A stretch of 64,000 nucleotides of DNA from an uncultured cyanobacterium (GTDB lineage Bacteria > Cyanobacteriota > Cyanobacteriia > Pseudanabaenales > Pseudanabaenaceae), in NCBI GenBank assembly GCA_963703315.1, contig OY969811.1, positions 192,001 through 256,000 on the forward strand, in the 5' to 3' direction. The position numbers were made by a program, and so were the translations under genes. This document shows, one piece after another, positions 28,643-39,876 of this stretch. The notes beneath the pieces were generated by a model, which was not told where the DNA came from, made no database searches, and saw nothing but the letters and a program-made list of their open reading frames with translations. The first letter of the stretch is position 1, and each line of letters starts with the position of its first letter.

Positions 28643-28999
28643 ATGTCTATAAAGTCCGAAGTGCAAGATCGATCGCAGTTACAATCTCTGCCAAACACTC
28701 AACCCAAATTACAGGCAAGATCTGAACATTGGCAAATTGTCAGTACTACTTTTATTACGGTATTTCTTGCTGAGCTTGGTGACAAAACCCAGCTAAGTGT
28801 TTTAGTGATTTCGGCGCAATCACATCAGCCTTGGGTTGTATTTACAGGAGCAGCGATCGCCTTAGTCTCCACGAGCTTATTAGGTGTACTTGCTGGTAAA
28901 TGGTTAGCCAAAACATTTTCGCCTAGTTTATTAAATACTTTGGCAGGTTTAAGTTTTCTGATTTTGTCGATTAGCTTGTTGTGGGAAGCGATCGCCTAA
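28643..28999 (+). CDS. UPF0016/GDT1 (TMEM165) half-size protein
   Basis: FLAELGDKTQL motif. Confidence 0.92.
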   Translation: MSIKSEVQDRSQLQSLPNTQPKLQARSEHWQIVSTTFITVFLAELGDKTQLSVLVISAQSHQPWVVFTGAAIALVSTSLLGVLAGKWLAKTFSPSLLNTLAGLSFLILSISLLWEAIA

Positions 29000-29062
29000 T
29001 CAAAAAGCAAAAAAAAGCAACACTCAGTGTTGCTTTTTCTGATCAAAAATTGAGTAACAAAT

Positions 29063-29341
29063 ATGGATTGGCAATTATTATTTCTGAGTTTTAGTACAAT
29101 TTTTTTATCAGAGTTGGGTGATAAAAGTCAGCTAGCTACCCTGAGTTTGAGTGGTAGCTCTAAGGCTCCCAGATTTGTATTTATCGGCTCTGCCGCCGCT
29201 TTACTACTCGCAAGCTCGATTGGCGTATTTCTTGGGGACAGCATTTCCGTGTTCTTGCCAACCAAACTACTCAAGGCGATCGCCGCAGGTTTATTTGCAA
29301 TTATGGCAATGCGATTATTTATGTCTGACGCTAATGAATAA
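29063..29341 (+). CDS. UPF0016/GDT1 (TMEM165) half-size protein
   Basis: FLSELGDKSQL motif. Confidence 0.92.
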   Translation: MDWQLLFLSFSTIFLSELGDKSQLATLSLSGSSKAPRFVFIGSAAALLLASSIGVFLGDSISVFLPTKLLKAIAAGLFAIMAMRLFMSDANE

Positions 29342-29368
29342 AAAAAGCACCCGATGGGTGCTTTTTTT

Positions 29369-30352
29369 TTAGAAGTTCATTTCAACAGCTTGAACTTTTT
29401 CGATTTGCTTCTTCTTCAGTACCAACAAAATTTGAGTCACAATTACTGCGGCAAAAAATGCTAGTAAACCTTGAACACGGCGAGGATCTTGAAGGACGAT
29501 TTCACCATCATGCTGACCAAAACCACCAACATTAGGATTGGTAGTTAGAGGCGCTCCCACCTTAACTTCACTACCAGGCTCTACCACTAGTTCTGCACCA
29601 GCAGGAACCTTCTCTACAGCAATACTTCCGTCAGTTGTTTGAATAGAAATTTCATAACCACCATAGATACCTTCATCTTCATTAGGTTCTATTGGGCTAA
29701 TTTGGGTAACTAGACCAGATACAGAAGATGTGTATTCGTTATTATTGCTTTTCTCACCAGTGGGGTAAACTTGACCACGACCACGGTTACCGCCAGCGTA
29801 TACAGAATACTTCAAGAAATGAATATTCTTATCTTTTGCAGGATCGGGAGAGAGGACAGGGAAAACAATTTCAGAATACTCATCACCAGAGATAGGTCCA
29901 ACAAGAACAATGTTTTCTTGAGTATCGCTATAGGGTTGGTAATAAAGATCTTTGGTTTTTTCCTTTAGTTCTTCAGAGAGACGCTCTTCAGGAGCAATTT
30001 TGAAACCCTCAGGCAATACCAAAACTGCACCAATATTTAAACCTGTTTTGCTACCATCAGCAGATACTTGCTGTTTGGTGTGATCGTAAGGAACTTTGAT
30101 TACGGCTTCAAATACGGAGTCTGGCTTAACTGCTTGAGGCAACTCTAACTCAATATCTTTTTTAGCTAGGTGGCAGTTAGCACAGACAATTTTACCAGTG
30201 GCTTCGCGAGGGGTTTTGTAAGCTTCTTGAGCAAAGTAGGGATAGGCGAAAGCGGACTGATTATTCAGACCAAAGAATAAAGTCAAGCTGGTGAGGACAC
30301 ATAGGCTAATTCCGACTAGTAGACGGTTAGCACGAGATAAGGCTTTTTTCAT
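29369..30352 (-). CDS. petA: Apocytochrome f
   Basis: YPYFAQ; CANCH heme motif; NVGGFGQ. Confidence 0.99.
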   Translation of the reverse strand: MKKALSRANRLLVGISLCVLTSLTLFFGLNNQSAFAYPYFAQEAYKTPREATGKIVCANCHLAKKDIELELPQAVKPDSVFEAVIKVPYDHTKQQVSADGSKTGLNIGAVLVLPEGFKIAPEERLSEELKEKTKDLYYQPYSDTQENIVLVGPISGDEYSEIVFPVLSPDPAKDKNIHFLKYSVYAGGNRGRGQVYPTGEKSNNNEYTSSVSGLVTQISPIEPNEDEGIYGGYEISIQTTDGSIAVEKVPAGAELVVEPGSEVKVGAPLTTNPNVGGFGQHDGEIVLQDPRRVQGLLAFFAAVIVTQILLVLKKKQIEKVQAVEMNF

Positions 30353-30446
30353 GTATAAATGCAGAATATGAGTTTAAAGATCGTGAGTCAAAGATCGATT
30401 TACAAAATTTCTGAGAAATATCGGCAATGTACTTCTCAAAACTGGC

Positions 30447-30986
30447 TTAAGACCACCAAGGTGCTTCATTGGTACGGAAGTCAGTTTCTGTCCAAGTGCT
30501 AAATTGCACAACGTCATCTTCAACGCTGGCATGGGCAAGAGCGAGAGATAAAGGAGCAGGACCTCGGACGACTTTACCTTCGTTGTTGTACTGGGAGCCA
30601 TGACAAGGACAGATAAATTTGTTTTCAGCAGCATTCCAAGGTACAACGCAACCGAGGTGAGTACAAACTGCATTCAATCCGTAAGAGGCAATTTCTTTGT
30701 TTTCAGTGACAACGATATAGGTGGGGTCGCCTTTGAGTCCTTGGGCTAGTTCACGCTCACCAGCTTGATGACTTGCCAAGAAAGCCGAAGCAATTATATC
30801 TTTGCCCAATGCATCTTTAGCAGCAACTCCACCGCCAGCACCACCGCGAGATGGAGGCACAAAATATGCCAAGAAGGGGTAAGCAGCTCCAAGGGTGGTT
30901 ACGGCAGCAGACCCCCCTAAAACTAAGTTCATAAACTTGCGACGACCCATGCTAGGGATATCGGCGGATGCAGAAGCTTGACTCAT
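30447..30986 (-). CDS. petC: Cytochrome b6f Rieske protein
   Basis: CTHLGC and CPCHGS motifs. Confidence 0.99.
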   Translation of the reverse strand: MSQASASADIPSMGRRKFMNLVLGGSAAVTTLGAAYPFLAYFVPPSRGGAGGGVAAKDALGKDIIASAFLASHQAGERELAQGLKGDPTYIVVTENKEIASYGLNAVCTHLGCVVPWNAAENKFICPCHGSQYNNEGKVVRGPAPLSLALAHASVEDDVVQFSTWTETDFRTNEAPWWS

Positions 30987-31295
30987 AAATTTGAATAACG
31001 GTTTTGCTGAGAAATATTACGTTTTATATATCAATCTCTACCATGATATCGACAATCTTTGGACATCTCTCTAGTTGTTTTGCAACGAAATGTTAAGCAT
31101 GGCGATCGCTGCTCCGATTAAACCTAGTTATTAAAGGGGGTAATCTTTGCATATATACTTCTTTGCTATTTTTGGGGCTTTGGTGCAATGCCAACGCGAA
31201 AACTTTGTGGGGATAGATTTTTTTATTTGCAATTTTATTTACAAACTGAATATGTACTTCTTTGAAAAAGCTAAGTAGGAAGGCTTAGTTAAGCT

Positions 31296-33140
31296 ATGTT
31301 TGAGAGAGAGAATAGCATTGCTGCTCTTGTCAAATTTCAACTGGCAAATTTCAACTGGCAAATTTCAAAATGCTTAAGTCCTAACCTTGCCTATATGAAC
31401 GGAAAACCCGCTTCACAATTATCTAAATATCGGATCTTGGGTTTAGTTGGCAGAGGTCAATTTGGCAAAGTTTTGTGTGCGCGTATGCGGGATACAGGCA
31501 AACTAGTTGCCCTCAAAGAGCTTGAGAACAAAAGGTTTCCGACCAGTAAGCTGTTAAGAGAACTAAGGTTTTTGCTGACTTTACAGCATGAAAATATTGT
31601 TTCTTGTTCTGCACTTGTCCATCATCAAAATTATCGCTATCTCGTCATGGACTACTGCGAGGGGGGGACATTACGCGATCTCATGAATCATGCAAATATG
31701 CTGTCGGTGAAGCAATGCTTTGATTTAGTGAACGATATTTTACTGGGTTTAGAACACGCTCATGCCGTAAATATTATTCATTGCGATATTAAACCTGAAA
31801 ATGTCCTGCTGAAGATTACAGCGAAGGGATGGATGGCAAAAATCTCTGACTTTGGCATTGCTCGTCTCAGTCAAGAAATTGATTCGGATGGCAGTAGTAA
31901 TACAGGCTCTCCGGGATATATGGCTCCTGAGCGCTTTTATGGTCAGTTCTCGGCAGGCTCGGATGTTTATGCTGTTGGGATTATCTTGTATGAGCTTTTA
32001 GTGGGTAAGCGCCCGTTTTCAGGGATGCCGACAGAATTAATGAATGCTCATTTGAATCAGAGGGTGATTGTTCCTGATACTTTGCCCCAATCTCTACAAA
32101 CGATTATTGCCCGATCGCTCGAAAAATTACCCAAAAGGCGATATATCTCGGCAAATCAGATGCGACTAGATTTGTTAAAAATCGTGCATTCTGAAGATTT
32201 TAGCCAAATTGCCATAGATGCTGGCACAGAAAGATGTGGGACATTCTTTTTTGCTAAAAAATCTCAGCATTTCGCACAAAAAGATACACCTGATAAAATT
32301 ATCGGACTGGTTGGAGCGGAAAAATCTCGTTTTTATACTACTTCCAGTTTTCATCTGCGTTGGCATAGCTTGTCACTGGATCAAGAAGAACAAATTGCCA
32401 AATCTGAAAATGCAATTGAGGCGATCGCCTTTGGTCGAAAAACTTTATTTGCCGTAACTAAGGGAGCTATTTATCAGTTTGGACAGGGAAAACCTAAATC
32501 CTTATATCAATCACCACAACCTTTTAAATGGGCAATTTCACCAAATGGGGATTGGTTTGCTGTTGCAATTGGCAAACAATTAGAAATACGCAACTTAGTT
32601 TATAACCGAGCGATGCGCTTAGAGTTTGCAACTAGAGACTTAAGTTGCATCATTGCCTTTGATCGACATCATTTGTTAGCGATCGTCAATAAGCCTGAAA
32701 CTAATGAAAGTCGAGCCATCGTCATTTCTCGACGTTGCAATATTATGTATCGGTTGTCTCTGCCCATTCCGATCGCCTCTGGTATTGCTACGTTTACTAG
32801 CGATCGCGTCCTGTTACTAGAAGCAGATAATCGCAAAAATATATATTTGCTAGATCTCAAACCCTATCGGTTGATGCGGATACCCTTAGTCCATGAAGTC
32901 TTATTAATGTCCGCGACTCCTTGGGGATATGCACTTACGGCAAATTACAACGATTATCAAACCGTTTTGATGTTGTTAGATTTACGGGGCAATAACATTG
33001 GTAATTTAATCATTGATGGTGAAGTTACAGCGATCGCCCCTATTGACGTTAATTTATTAGCGATCGCCACTTCTGAAATATCAGGCTATAGAATATATGC
33101 GATCAATCTCAAGAAGCTCGAAATTGATCTAGTTTTTTAG
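31296..33140 (+). CDS. Ser/Thr protein kinase with C-terminal beta-rich domain (likely start 31395)
   Basis: GRGQFG, HCDIKPEN, DFG, YMAPE. Confidence 0.92.
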   Translation: MFERENSIAALVKFQLANFNWQISKCLSPNLAYMNGKPASQLSKYRILGLVGRGQFGKVLCARMRDTGKLVALKELENKRFPTSKLLRELRFLLTLQHENIVSCSALVHHQNYRYLVMDYCEGGTLRDLMNHANMLSVKQCFDLVNDILLGLEHAHAVNIIHCDIKPENVLLKITAKGWMAKISDFGIARLSQEIDSDGSSNTGSPGYMAPERFYGQFSAGSDVYAVGIILYELLVGKRPFSGMPTELMNAHLNQRVIVPDTLPQSLQTIIARSLEKLPKRRYISANQMRLDLLKIVHSEDFSQIAIDAGTERCGTFFFAKKSQHFAQKDTPDKIIGLVGAEKSRFYTTSSFHLRWHSLSLDQEEQIAKSENAIEAIAFGRKTLFAVTKGAIYQFGQGKPKSLYQSPQPFKWAISPNGDWFAVAIGKQLEIRNLVYNRAMRLEFATRDLSCIIAFDRHHLLAIVNKPETNESRAIVISRRCNIMYRLSLPIPIASGIATFTSDRVLLLEADNRKNIYLLDLKPYRLMRIPLVHEVLLMSATPWGYALTANYNDYQTVLMLLDLRGNNIGNLIIDGEVTAIAPIDVNLLAIATSEISGYRIYAINLKKLEIDLVF

Positions 33141-33147
33141 ATGCTAC

Positions 33148-33187
33148 CAAAAAAGAAGGGCGGCGCAAAGCGCCGCCCTTCTTTTTT
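33148..33187. terminator. Bidirectional terminator / REP hairpin
   Basis: CAAAAAAGAAGGGCGGCGC-AAA-GCGCCGCCCTTCTTTTTTG. Confidence 0.8.
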
Positions 33188-33192
33188 GAGAA

Positions 33193-35439
33193 TTAAGTTT
33201 GTGAAGCTGAAGAACGCTTACGTCGTGAGGCTTCTGGTGATTGAATTGGCACAAATTCTCTAGAAACTTCCAAAGAATCTAACTTGATCTCAGTGTTGGC
33301 ATTTGCACCTAACTCAGTCGTCTCAGTTGACAATGGCTGCGCTCGATTTACTTTCAAAATGATCCCATTAGAAGCACCATTACCTGTACTAGGACTAGTT
33401 GTTTGATCATTTGCTTGACTAGTAACTACAGTGTCAGATTCATTGATTTCTGGCTCATCGCTCCTTGTTTCATTGATTTCTGATTCAGGAGATCGTTCTT
33501 CAAAATTGCCTTCAGGATGGACATCAGCCGTTGACCTCATCGAATTAGCAATCTTGGGAGCTTGCCCTGGTAGAGCAACTGTCACAATCACATTACGAGG
33601 ATCTTTGATTTCGCGATCGACCAATACTAAGGGAGATACGCCAATGAGTGAGTAGACATCCTGTTCTTCCTCAGTCATCTCCACCACCACTAATTCTGGT
33701 GGCTCAATCACTTTGGTGCGGATCTCTCGTTTATTGGGGCGCTCAGGTATATTTTCCGTAACTGCTACTGGTAAAGCCTCCACAGCCTCTACCGATTCCT
33801 CATGTGCCTCAGCAATTAACTTGTTTGGGGCAATACTTGGCAAAGATAGTTTCGTTGGTGCAGTCCGCTCAGCAACCACATCTCGCTCAATACGAGGCTC
33901 AAAGCGAGCTTCCGTCATTGATTCGATCCGTGGCTCAAACCGTGATTCAAGGCGCGATCGCACATCTACAGGAGCCACTTTTTCTGTTTCACGAGTATCA
34001 CGCGAATCCTTGAGTAATGCTCGCTTACCACCACGTCTACGCAGATTACTCCGTTCTTGATAGCTAGGATGGTTAACCAAGTTAGGCTCTAGACCACCAC
34101 CCAAATCTGAATCACCATCTTCATACTCAGAGGTGAAATCAAGCTGATTTGATTGCTTAGCTTCCCAAGTACGGGAGGTGGAATCCACAGGTTGTCCTAC
34201 CGCTTCTCCTGGTAAATGCATCAAATGTCCTAAACCACCACAGGCAGCACAGGGACGACCAAACAATTCGTAAATGCTCTGACCTTGGCGCTTGCGCGTT
34301 AGTTCGACTAGACCTAGCTCTGTAAGCTGAGCAATTTGAGGACGTGACTTATCCGATCGCAAAGCTTTATTAAAATGTTCGAGCAACTGCAACTGATCGC
34401 GGCGCGTATCCATATCGATGAAATCTACTACGATCACACCCGCAATATTTCGCAAACGGATTTGCCGCGCAATCTCTACCGCCGCTTCACAGTTTGTCCA
34501 CAAAACTGTCTCCCGTGAAGTTTGAGACTTAGTAAAGGAGCCAGAGTTAACGTCAATTACGGTCAAGGCTTCCGTCGGCTCAATGATGATGTAGCCGCCG
34601 CTAGGTAGATCGACTCTAGGCTTGAGTGCTTCTCGAATACCCGCATTCACCCGAAAATATTCTAAAATCGAGGTGCGCTCACGATGATGATCGAGCATCA
34701 AACCACTAGGAATTTTGCCATCGCCCCAGTTGAGTAAGTGCTGCTTAATCCGACGCAACCCATCACTAGTGTCAGTAACAATGCGATTCACATCACTGGC
34801 ATACAAATCACGCAATACACGCTGGACAAAATCCCGTTCGCGATCGAGCAAAGTCGGTTGGCGGGTAGTTGCCACATCTTGCTGAATGCCTTCCCACTGA
34901 CGTTGCAAATTATCAAGATCCTCAATAATTTGCTCCTCAGGCATTCCATCCGCCTCGGTGCGTACTAGTATCCCCATCCCCGCAGGTTTTATTAAAATTG
35001 CCAATGCTCGCAGACGATTACGCTCAGCTTCACTGCGAATCCGCCGCGAGAGATTTACGCCACGACCAAAGGGCAAGAGAACCACATAGCGTCCAGGTAA
35101 GGAAATATTTCCTGTCAGACGAGGACCTTTGTTACCCGTTGGTTCCTTCATCACTTGAACCAATACGCGCTGTTGTGGCACGACCAGATCGCTGATGGAG
35201 CCAGACGATCGCCGCATTTTTAAAGGACCTAGGTCAGTAATGTGAATAAAGCCATTGCGATCGCCATCACCAATATTCACAAACGCTGCATCAATACTGG
35301 TTAAGACATTTTCGACCACGCCCAAGTAGACATCCCCGACTTGGTGAGTTCCTGCGGCAACAACAATTTCTTCAATTTGATCTTCACTAAAAACAGCAGC
35401 AATTCGATACTGCTCGGCAATAATTATTTGCTTTGGCAT
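33193..35439 (-). CDS. rne: Ribonuclease E
   Basis: KEPTGNKGPRLT, IDVNSGS, DFIDM, C..C.G.G, cyanobacterial C-terminal RRKRSSA. Confidence 0.97.
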   Translation of the reverse strand: MPKQIIIAEQYRIAAVFSEDQIEEIVVAAGTHQVGDVYLGVVENVLTSIDAAFVNIGDGDRNGFIHITDLGPLKMRRSSGSISDLVVPQQRVLVQVMKEPTGNKGPRLTGNISLPGRYVVLLPFGRGVNLSRRIRSEAERNRLRALAILIKPAGMGILVRTEADGMPEEQIIEDLDNLQRQWEGIQQDVATTRQPTLLDRERDFVQRVLRDLYASDVNRIVTDTSDGLRRIKQHLLNWGDGKIPSGLMLDHHRERTSILEYFRVNAGIREALKPRVDLPSGGYIIIEPTEALTVIDVNSGSFTKSQTSRETVLWTNCEAAVEIARQIRLRNIAGVIVVDFIDMDTRRDQLQLLEHFNKALRSDKSRPQIAQLTELGLVELTRKRQGQSIYELFGRPCAACGGLGHLMHLPGEAVGQPVDSTSRTWEAKQSNQLDFTSEYEDGDSDLGGGLEPNLVNHPSYQERSNLRRRGGKRALLKDSRDTRETEKVAPVDVRSRLESRFEPRIESMTEARFEPRIERDVVAERTAPTKLSLPSIAPNKLIAEAHEESVEAVEALPVAVTENIPERPNKREIRTKVIEPPELVVVEMTEEEQDVYSLIGVSPLVLVDREIKDPRNVIVTVALPGQAPKIANSMRSTADVHPEGNFEERSPESEINETRSDEPEINESDTVVTSQANDQTTSPSTGNGASNGIILKVNRAQPLSTETTELGANANTEIKLDSLEVSREFVPIQSPEASRRKRSSASQT

Positions 35440-36263
35440 TCAATTTCCTCAGAATTTCTTCGATTCAAAAGAGCCAGTCTAAGAAAGAAAATATTTTTTA
35501 GACACATAACATATTAGAAAAATGTTTAAAAAAATATTTTCAGACCCTCAATAAACGAACCACAAGAGTCGCAATCGGGGCTGTAAAAGCGCACATACCA
35601 ATAACGAAAGCTAGAAAAATTTCGACCATATATGAATTGTCTGTACCTTAAACCAGTTACTGAGCTATGTACCGAAGCTCGTAATCAGTTGATGTGTCTG
35701 CTCTGACATCACGATAATCTAGACATATTGTTGTGTTCGGAATGGTTGAGATACCAAAAACTAAGTCGCTCTTAACTTGTTGGTGAAGATAAATCACTTT
35801 GGCGAGCTATCTTCACCAACAAGTAAATTCTAAATAAACTCTAAAAATTCTACAGGTTACTGGTACTAAGCATCGCCTATGCCCAGAAATCTGAAAGAGC
35901 AATACTCATTACGATGCAGTATGACTATAGTTGATGGAAAATTAACGGTTTCGTTAAAAGAATTAAGTTACTTCTTAGACTGGCATTTATTAGACTATCT
36001 AAAAGGTGATTACGCTATTTGTTGCCTATAGCATTCAGCCTATAGTTAAAAAGAGCGTACTTGATGATTCAAGTTTATGGCTATAAGCTCGGTTGCCTAA
36101 CTAGCAGCTAGACGCATTTAGCTAGCAGCTATTTTAAGCCTATCGTAGTATTATAGCCTAGCATTGAGCGTTACAATTTCTTAATAGTGTTTTAAGATTA
36201 TGTAGTTGTCCTTGAGAGACGGCTTTGTAGTCTCTCAAACTTTATGAAGATGAGGGTAAGTTT

Positions 36264-37610
36264 CTGAGTACGCGAGTAGTTATCGTCCGTCACGGCGAAA
36301 GTAATTTCAATATCCTGAGCAAAATCCAAGGACGCGGTAATTATGATCGCCCAGAATTGCAGTCCGTCTTAACTGATAAAGGCAAGCAGCAAGCCAAGCT
36401 CGCAGGAAAAGCCCTAGCCAATCTCGCAATTGATGTTGCCTATGCTAGTCCTTTAGTCCGTGCCAAACAGACTGCCCAGCTTATTCTATCTGAAAATTTT
36501 CATGCTCCTGCCTTAAATACTACTGATGGATTATTAGAAATTGATCTCAGAGAGTGGGAATCAATGCTTTTTGGTGAAATCAAAGAGCAGTTTCCTGAAA
36601 AGTATCATTTTTGGCAAAATGAAGCAGAGAAATTTCAACTAGGCGATCGCTACCCCATTGTTGACCTGTTCACGCAAGCCCAAGCTTTATGGGCAGAGAT
36701 TTTGCCTAAACATCAAGACCAAACAATTTTGCTAGTTGGTCATAGTGGCATTAATCGCGCTCTCATCTGCTCGGCGATCGGTATTCCCGTTAGTCTTTAT
36801 CACAATATTCAGCAAGTCAATTGCGCCATTAGCGTCCTTAATTTTCAAGGTGCAAGCATTGCAGACGGCGTACAACTAGAATCCCTCAATCTTGCCAGCC
36901 ATCTAACTGAAATCTCTGGTTCACCATTGCCTCCTGTGAGGAAAAGTCACAATGGACCACGCCTATTGTTAGTTCGTCATGGCGAAACTGAGTGGAATCG
37001 TCAAAAGCGCTTTCAAGGACAAATCGATGTCCCACTAAATAACAATGGTCATGCTCAAGCTAGACGTGCCAGTGAATTTTTAGCCAAAGTGAAAATTGAC
37101 AAAGCCTTTAGCAGTCCAATGTTACGCCCCAAAGATACGGCGCTCGAAATTTTAAGCAAGCATCCCCAAATCAAACTTGAGTTATTTGATGAACTCAAAG
37201 AAATTTCTCATGGTCTCTGGGAAGGTAAATTTGAACATGAAATCGAAGCTGAATTTCCTGGTCAACTTGCTGTCTGGCAGACTCAGCCCGAAACTGTACA
37301 AATGCCTGAAGGCGAGAATTTACAACAGGTTTGGGATCGTGTTGCTGTGATTTGGCAAAAAATTGTTGAGTCCGTACCCGCAGGTGAGACTGCTTTAGTT
37401 GTTGCCCATGATGCTGTGAATAAGGCAATTCTTAGTTTATTATTTGGCTTTGATCCTGACAAATTTTGGGTATTTAAACAAGGTAATGGTGGTGTGAGCG
37501 TAATTGATTATCCTGAAGGTGCAGAGGGTAAAGCTATTTTGCAATCTGGCAATATTACTACGCACCTATCTGAAGGCATTCTCGATCGCACCGCCGCAGG
37601 AGCTTTGTAA
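36264..37610 (+). CDS. Two-domain histidine phosphatase (PspA/phosphoglycerate mutase family), CTG start
   Basis: Two RHG motifs (VIVRHGES, LLVRHGET); the first lies upstream of the track's 36357 start. Confidence 0.9.
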   Translation: MSTRVVIVRHGESNFNILSKIQGRGNYDRPELQSVLTDKGKQQAKLAGKALANLAIDVAYASPLVRAKQTAQLILSENFHAPALNTTDGLLEIDLREWESMLFGEIKEQFPEKYHFWQNEAEKFQLGDRYPIVDLFTQAQALWAEILPKHQDQTILLVGHSGINRALICSAIGIPVSLYHNIQQVNCAISVLNFQGASIADGVQLESLNLASHLTEISGSPLPPVRKSHNGPRLLLVRHGETEWNRQKRFQGQIDVPLNNNGHAQARRASEFLAKVKIDKAFSSPMLRPKDTALEILSKHPQIKLELFDELKEISHGLWEGKFEHEIEAEFPGQLAVWQTQPETVQMPEGENLQQVWDRVAVIWQKIVESVPAGETALVVAHDAVNKAILSLLFGFDPDKFWVFKQGNGGVSVIDYPEGAEGKAILQSGNITTHLSEGILDRTAAGAL

Positions 37611-37764
37611 TTCAAAACCAGTGATTTTTGGGGCGCGGCAAAGCCGCGCCCCAAAAATCGGTTCTTTATGCCATTTACTCCAAACCTTAAGAGAGACGCA
37701 TTTTCTGCTAATTTGGTGTAAAGGATTTATTTTGCTATTTTATTTTAGTAATCGGAGTTAAAAA

Positions 37765-37953
37765 ATGACCATCTTATTTCAGCTTCTATTAGCTGCTTTT
37801 GTGCTGTTTTCCTTCGTTTTAGTGATTGGTGTACCTGTAGCCTACGCATCCCCTAGCTCTTGGAATCAATCAAAGCCACTGTTATTCCTCGGCTCTTTGA
37901 TTTGGTTGGCTTTAGTAATTGTTATCGGCATTTTGAACTCTTTTGTAGCTTAA
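37765..37953 (+). CDS. psbZ: Photosystem II PsbZ
   Basis: FQLLL...[18 protein letters not shown]. Confidence 0.97.
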   Translation: MTILFQLLLAAFVLFSFVLVIGVPVAYASPSSWNQSKPLLFLGSLIWLALVIVIGILNSFVA

Positions 37954-38025
37954 ATTGTTGATGGAGCGCTAAGCGCTCCATCAACGAAAAAAAACTTTTT
38001 ATTTGTGACTTTTTAACCTAACTCT

Positions 38026-38514
38026 ATGACAGTTTTTGAAGGTAGCTTTACCAATACAGATAGTTTACGCTTTGCGATCGTGGTAGCTCGATTTAATGAC
38101 CTGATCGTCGGTAAGCTCCTCCAAGGCTGTCAAGATTCCCTATTGCGGCATGGGGTTGATGTTTCGGAAAATGGGAGCCAAGTTGACTATGCATGGGTTC
38201 CAGGTAGCCTTGAAATTTCATTAGTCGCTAAGGAATTAGCCGTTTCAGGTCGCTATGATGCAATTATTTGTCTAGGTGCGGTCATTCGTGGCGATACGCC
38301 CCATTTCGACTATGTATCTAATGAAGTATCTAAGGGTGTGGCAGCCGCTTCTATTCAAACTGGTGTACCAATTATTTTCGGGGTATTGACCACTGACACG
38401 ATGCAACAAGCCCTAGAACGCGCTGGCATTAAGAGCAATAAGGGTTGGGAGTTTGGCATGGGTGCGATCGAGATGGCAAACCTGATGCGCCAAATCCGCA
38501 GCAAATCTGCTTGA
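38026..38514 (+). CDS. ribH: 6,7-dimethyl-8-ribityllumazine synthase
   Basis: [29 protein letters not shown]. Confidence 0.98.
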   Translation: MTVFEGSFTNTDSLRFAIVVARFNDLIVGKLLQGCQDSLLRHGVDVSENGSQVDYAWVPGSLEISLVAKELAVSGRYDAIICLGAVIRGDTPHFDYVSNEVSKGVAAASIQTGVPIIFGVLTTDTMQQALERAGIKSNKGWEFGMGAIEMANLMRQIRSKSA

Positions 38515-38575
38515 AAGCCTACAAAATTTATAGAGAAAATTATATAGAAAAAATCTAAGCTAGAGGGAGATAACT

Positions 38576-38854
38576 ATGCAAGTTAAAGATTTGCCAATAG
38601 ATAGCTTAGTACCTATATATCCACCAATATCGATTAAAGATCACACTTTAAGCACCTTAATTGCAGAATTGGGCATTGAATGTCAAAGAGTACTAACTCT
38701 CATCCATCAGCTTCAATTACCAAATTTGAGTGATAGCCAGATTGTTAACGTATTAGCAGAGTTAAATACTTCAGCTATACATTTACAGGCTCATTGCGGG
38801 GATGATTTTCAGGATCTCATTGCTGATGAGTTAGAAAATATTCCCAGTGAGTAA
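38576..38854 (+). CDS. Hypothetical protein
   Basis: GGGAG RBS plus ATG; 92-aa helical ORF. Confidence 0.7.
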   Translation: MQVKDLPIDSLVPIYPPISIKDHTLSTLIAELGIECQRVLTLIHQLQLPNLSDSQIVNVLAELNTSAIHLQAHCGDDFQDLIADELENIPSE

Positions 38855-38856
38855 AA

Positions 38857-39300
38857 TCACACAACAAATCCTGCACTCTGCCCTTGTGAGGCTTGCCAAC
38901 TTCGGGCATCGTAGTATAAATCTTCTAAACAAATTTCATACAGAGCATCTTTGAACTTGCGATCAAGCCTTTGCCAGAGTGCAAATGTCACCCAATCTGA
39001 AGCTAAATTTTCCTGTGGTTTGAGTCTGGGTAAAGGATAGGTATCTTCGCCAACTGCTGACAAAATTTCGCCTAAGGAGATATCTCTAGGCGATCGCTTT
39101 AATTTATAGCCCCCTTGCACACCCCGCACTGATTCAATCAAATCTGCCTGACGCAGGGCGATTAAAATTTTTTCTAGGTATGGTGCAGGAATTGATTGGC
39201 GATCGCTAATTTCTCGAACAGATGCAGGCTTGCGTTTTGCCCAAACCACCAGATCGAGCATCGCCTTCACACTGTAATGACCTTTTCTGGTTAGTTTCAT
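38857..39300 (-). CDS. Rrf2 family transcriptional regulator (ATG at 39300)
   Basis: MKLTRKGHY..., YLEKIL..L, SVRG..GGY.L. Confidence 0.92.
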   Translation of the reverse strand: MKLTRKGHYSVKAMLDLVVWAKRKPASVREISDRQSIPAPYLEKILIALRQADLIESVRGVQGGYKLKRSPRDISLGEILSAVGEDTYPLPRLKPQENLASDWVTFALWQRLDRKFKDALYEICLEDLYYDARSWQASQGQSAGFVV

Positions 39301-39378
39301 AAAAATCGCAAATTTAGATGGAGGCGTAAAGCGCCACCCCAATATTTTGATAGCGGCGCGAAGCGTCGCTATCAATAA

Positions 39379-39522
39379 TCAAAAAAGAAAAGATAAGTCA
39401 ACGGGCGCAGGTAACATCTCACCGCCGCGCCAATCGAGTACTTGTACCAAAATCAAATAACCCACACCCAAAACTACGGCGACAACGCCCGTTAAAACTG
39501 ATATCCACTGCGATCGCTGCAT
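39379..39522 (-). CDS. Small single-TM protein (47 aa), absent from the ORF track
   Basis: MQRSQWISVLTGVVAVVLGVGYLILVQVLDWRGGEMLPAPVDLSFLF*; resembles a small cyanobacterial family (YL.LVQ.LD.RG.EM.PAP) from memory. Confidence 0.8.
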   Translation of the reverse strand: MQRSQWISVLTGVVAVVLGVGYLILVQVLDWRGGEMLPAPVDLSFLF

Positions 39523-39785
39523 AAGTAAAAATAAGTAAATTTAAGTAAAAAAATCAAGCAAAAAAACTAAGGAAATCCATGAATTAGCAAAAACATCCTA
39601 ACTAACTGCTATTATCCCTCTTGAAATATCTTTAATATCAATGATTTAGGTACAACCTACAGTACTTTGAACTAATAACCGCAAATTTTTTAGAAAAGTC
39701 GCCCCAAGTAAGATTTTTTAAACAATCTGCGGTTTTAGTTAGTCTGCAACGTCCTAGATATAGAGTAAAGCTCTATTTTTTGATA

Positions 39786-39811
39786 GGAACAAACTTTTCT
39801 AATCCTCCGTC
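39786..39811 (+). promoter_or_regulatory. ECF-type autoregulatory promoter of sigG
   Basis: GGAAC-N17-CGTC upstream of the ECF sigma gene. Confidence 0.7.
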
Positions 39812-39876
39812 CTAAAACTTGAACGAGTCACAGAATTTTTAAATGCTGTGCAGAGATCTAAGTCCAGTAGGAGTGA

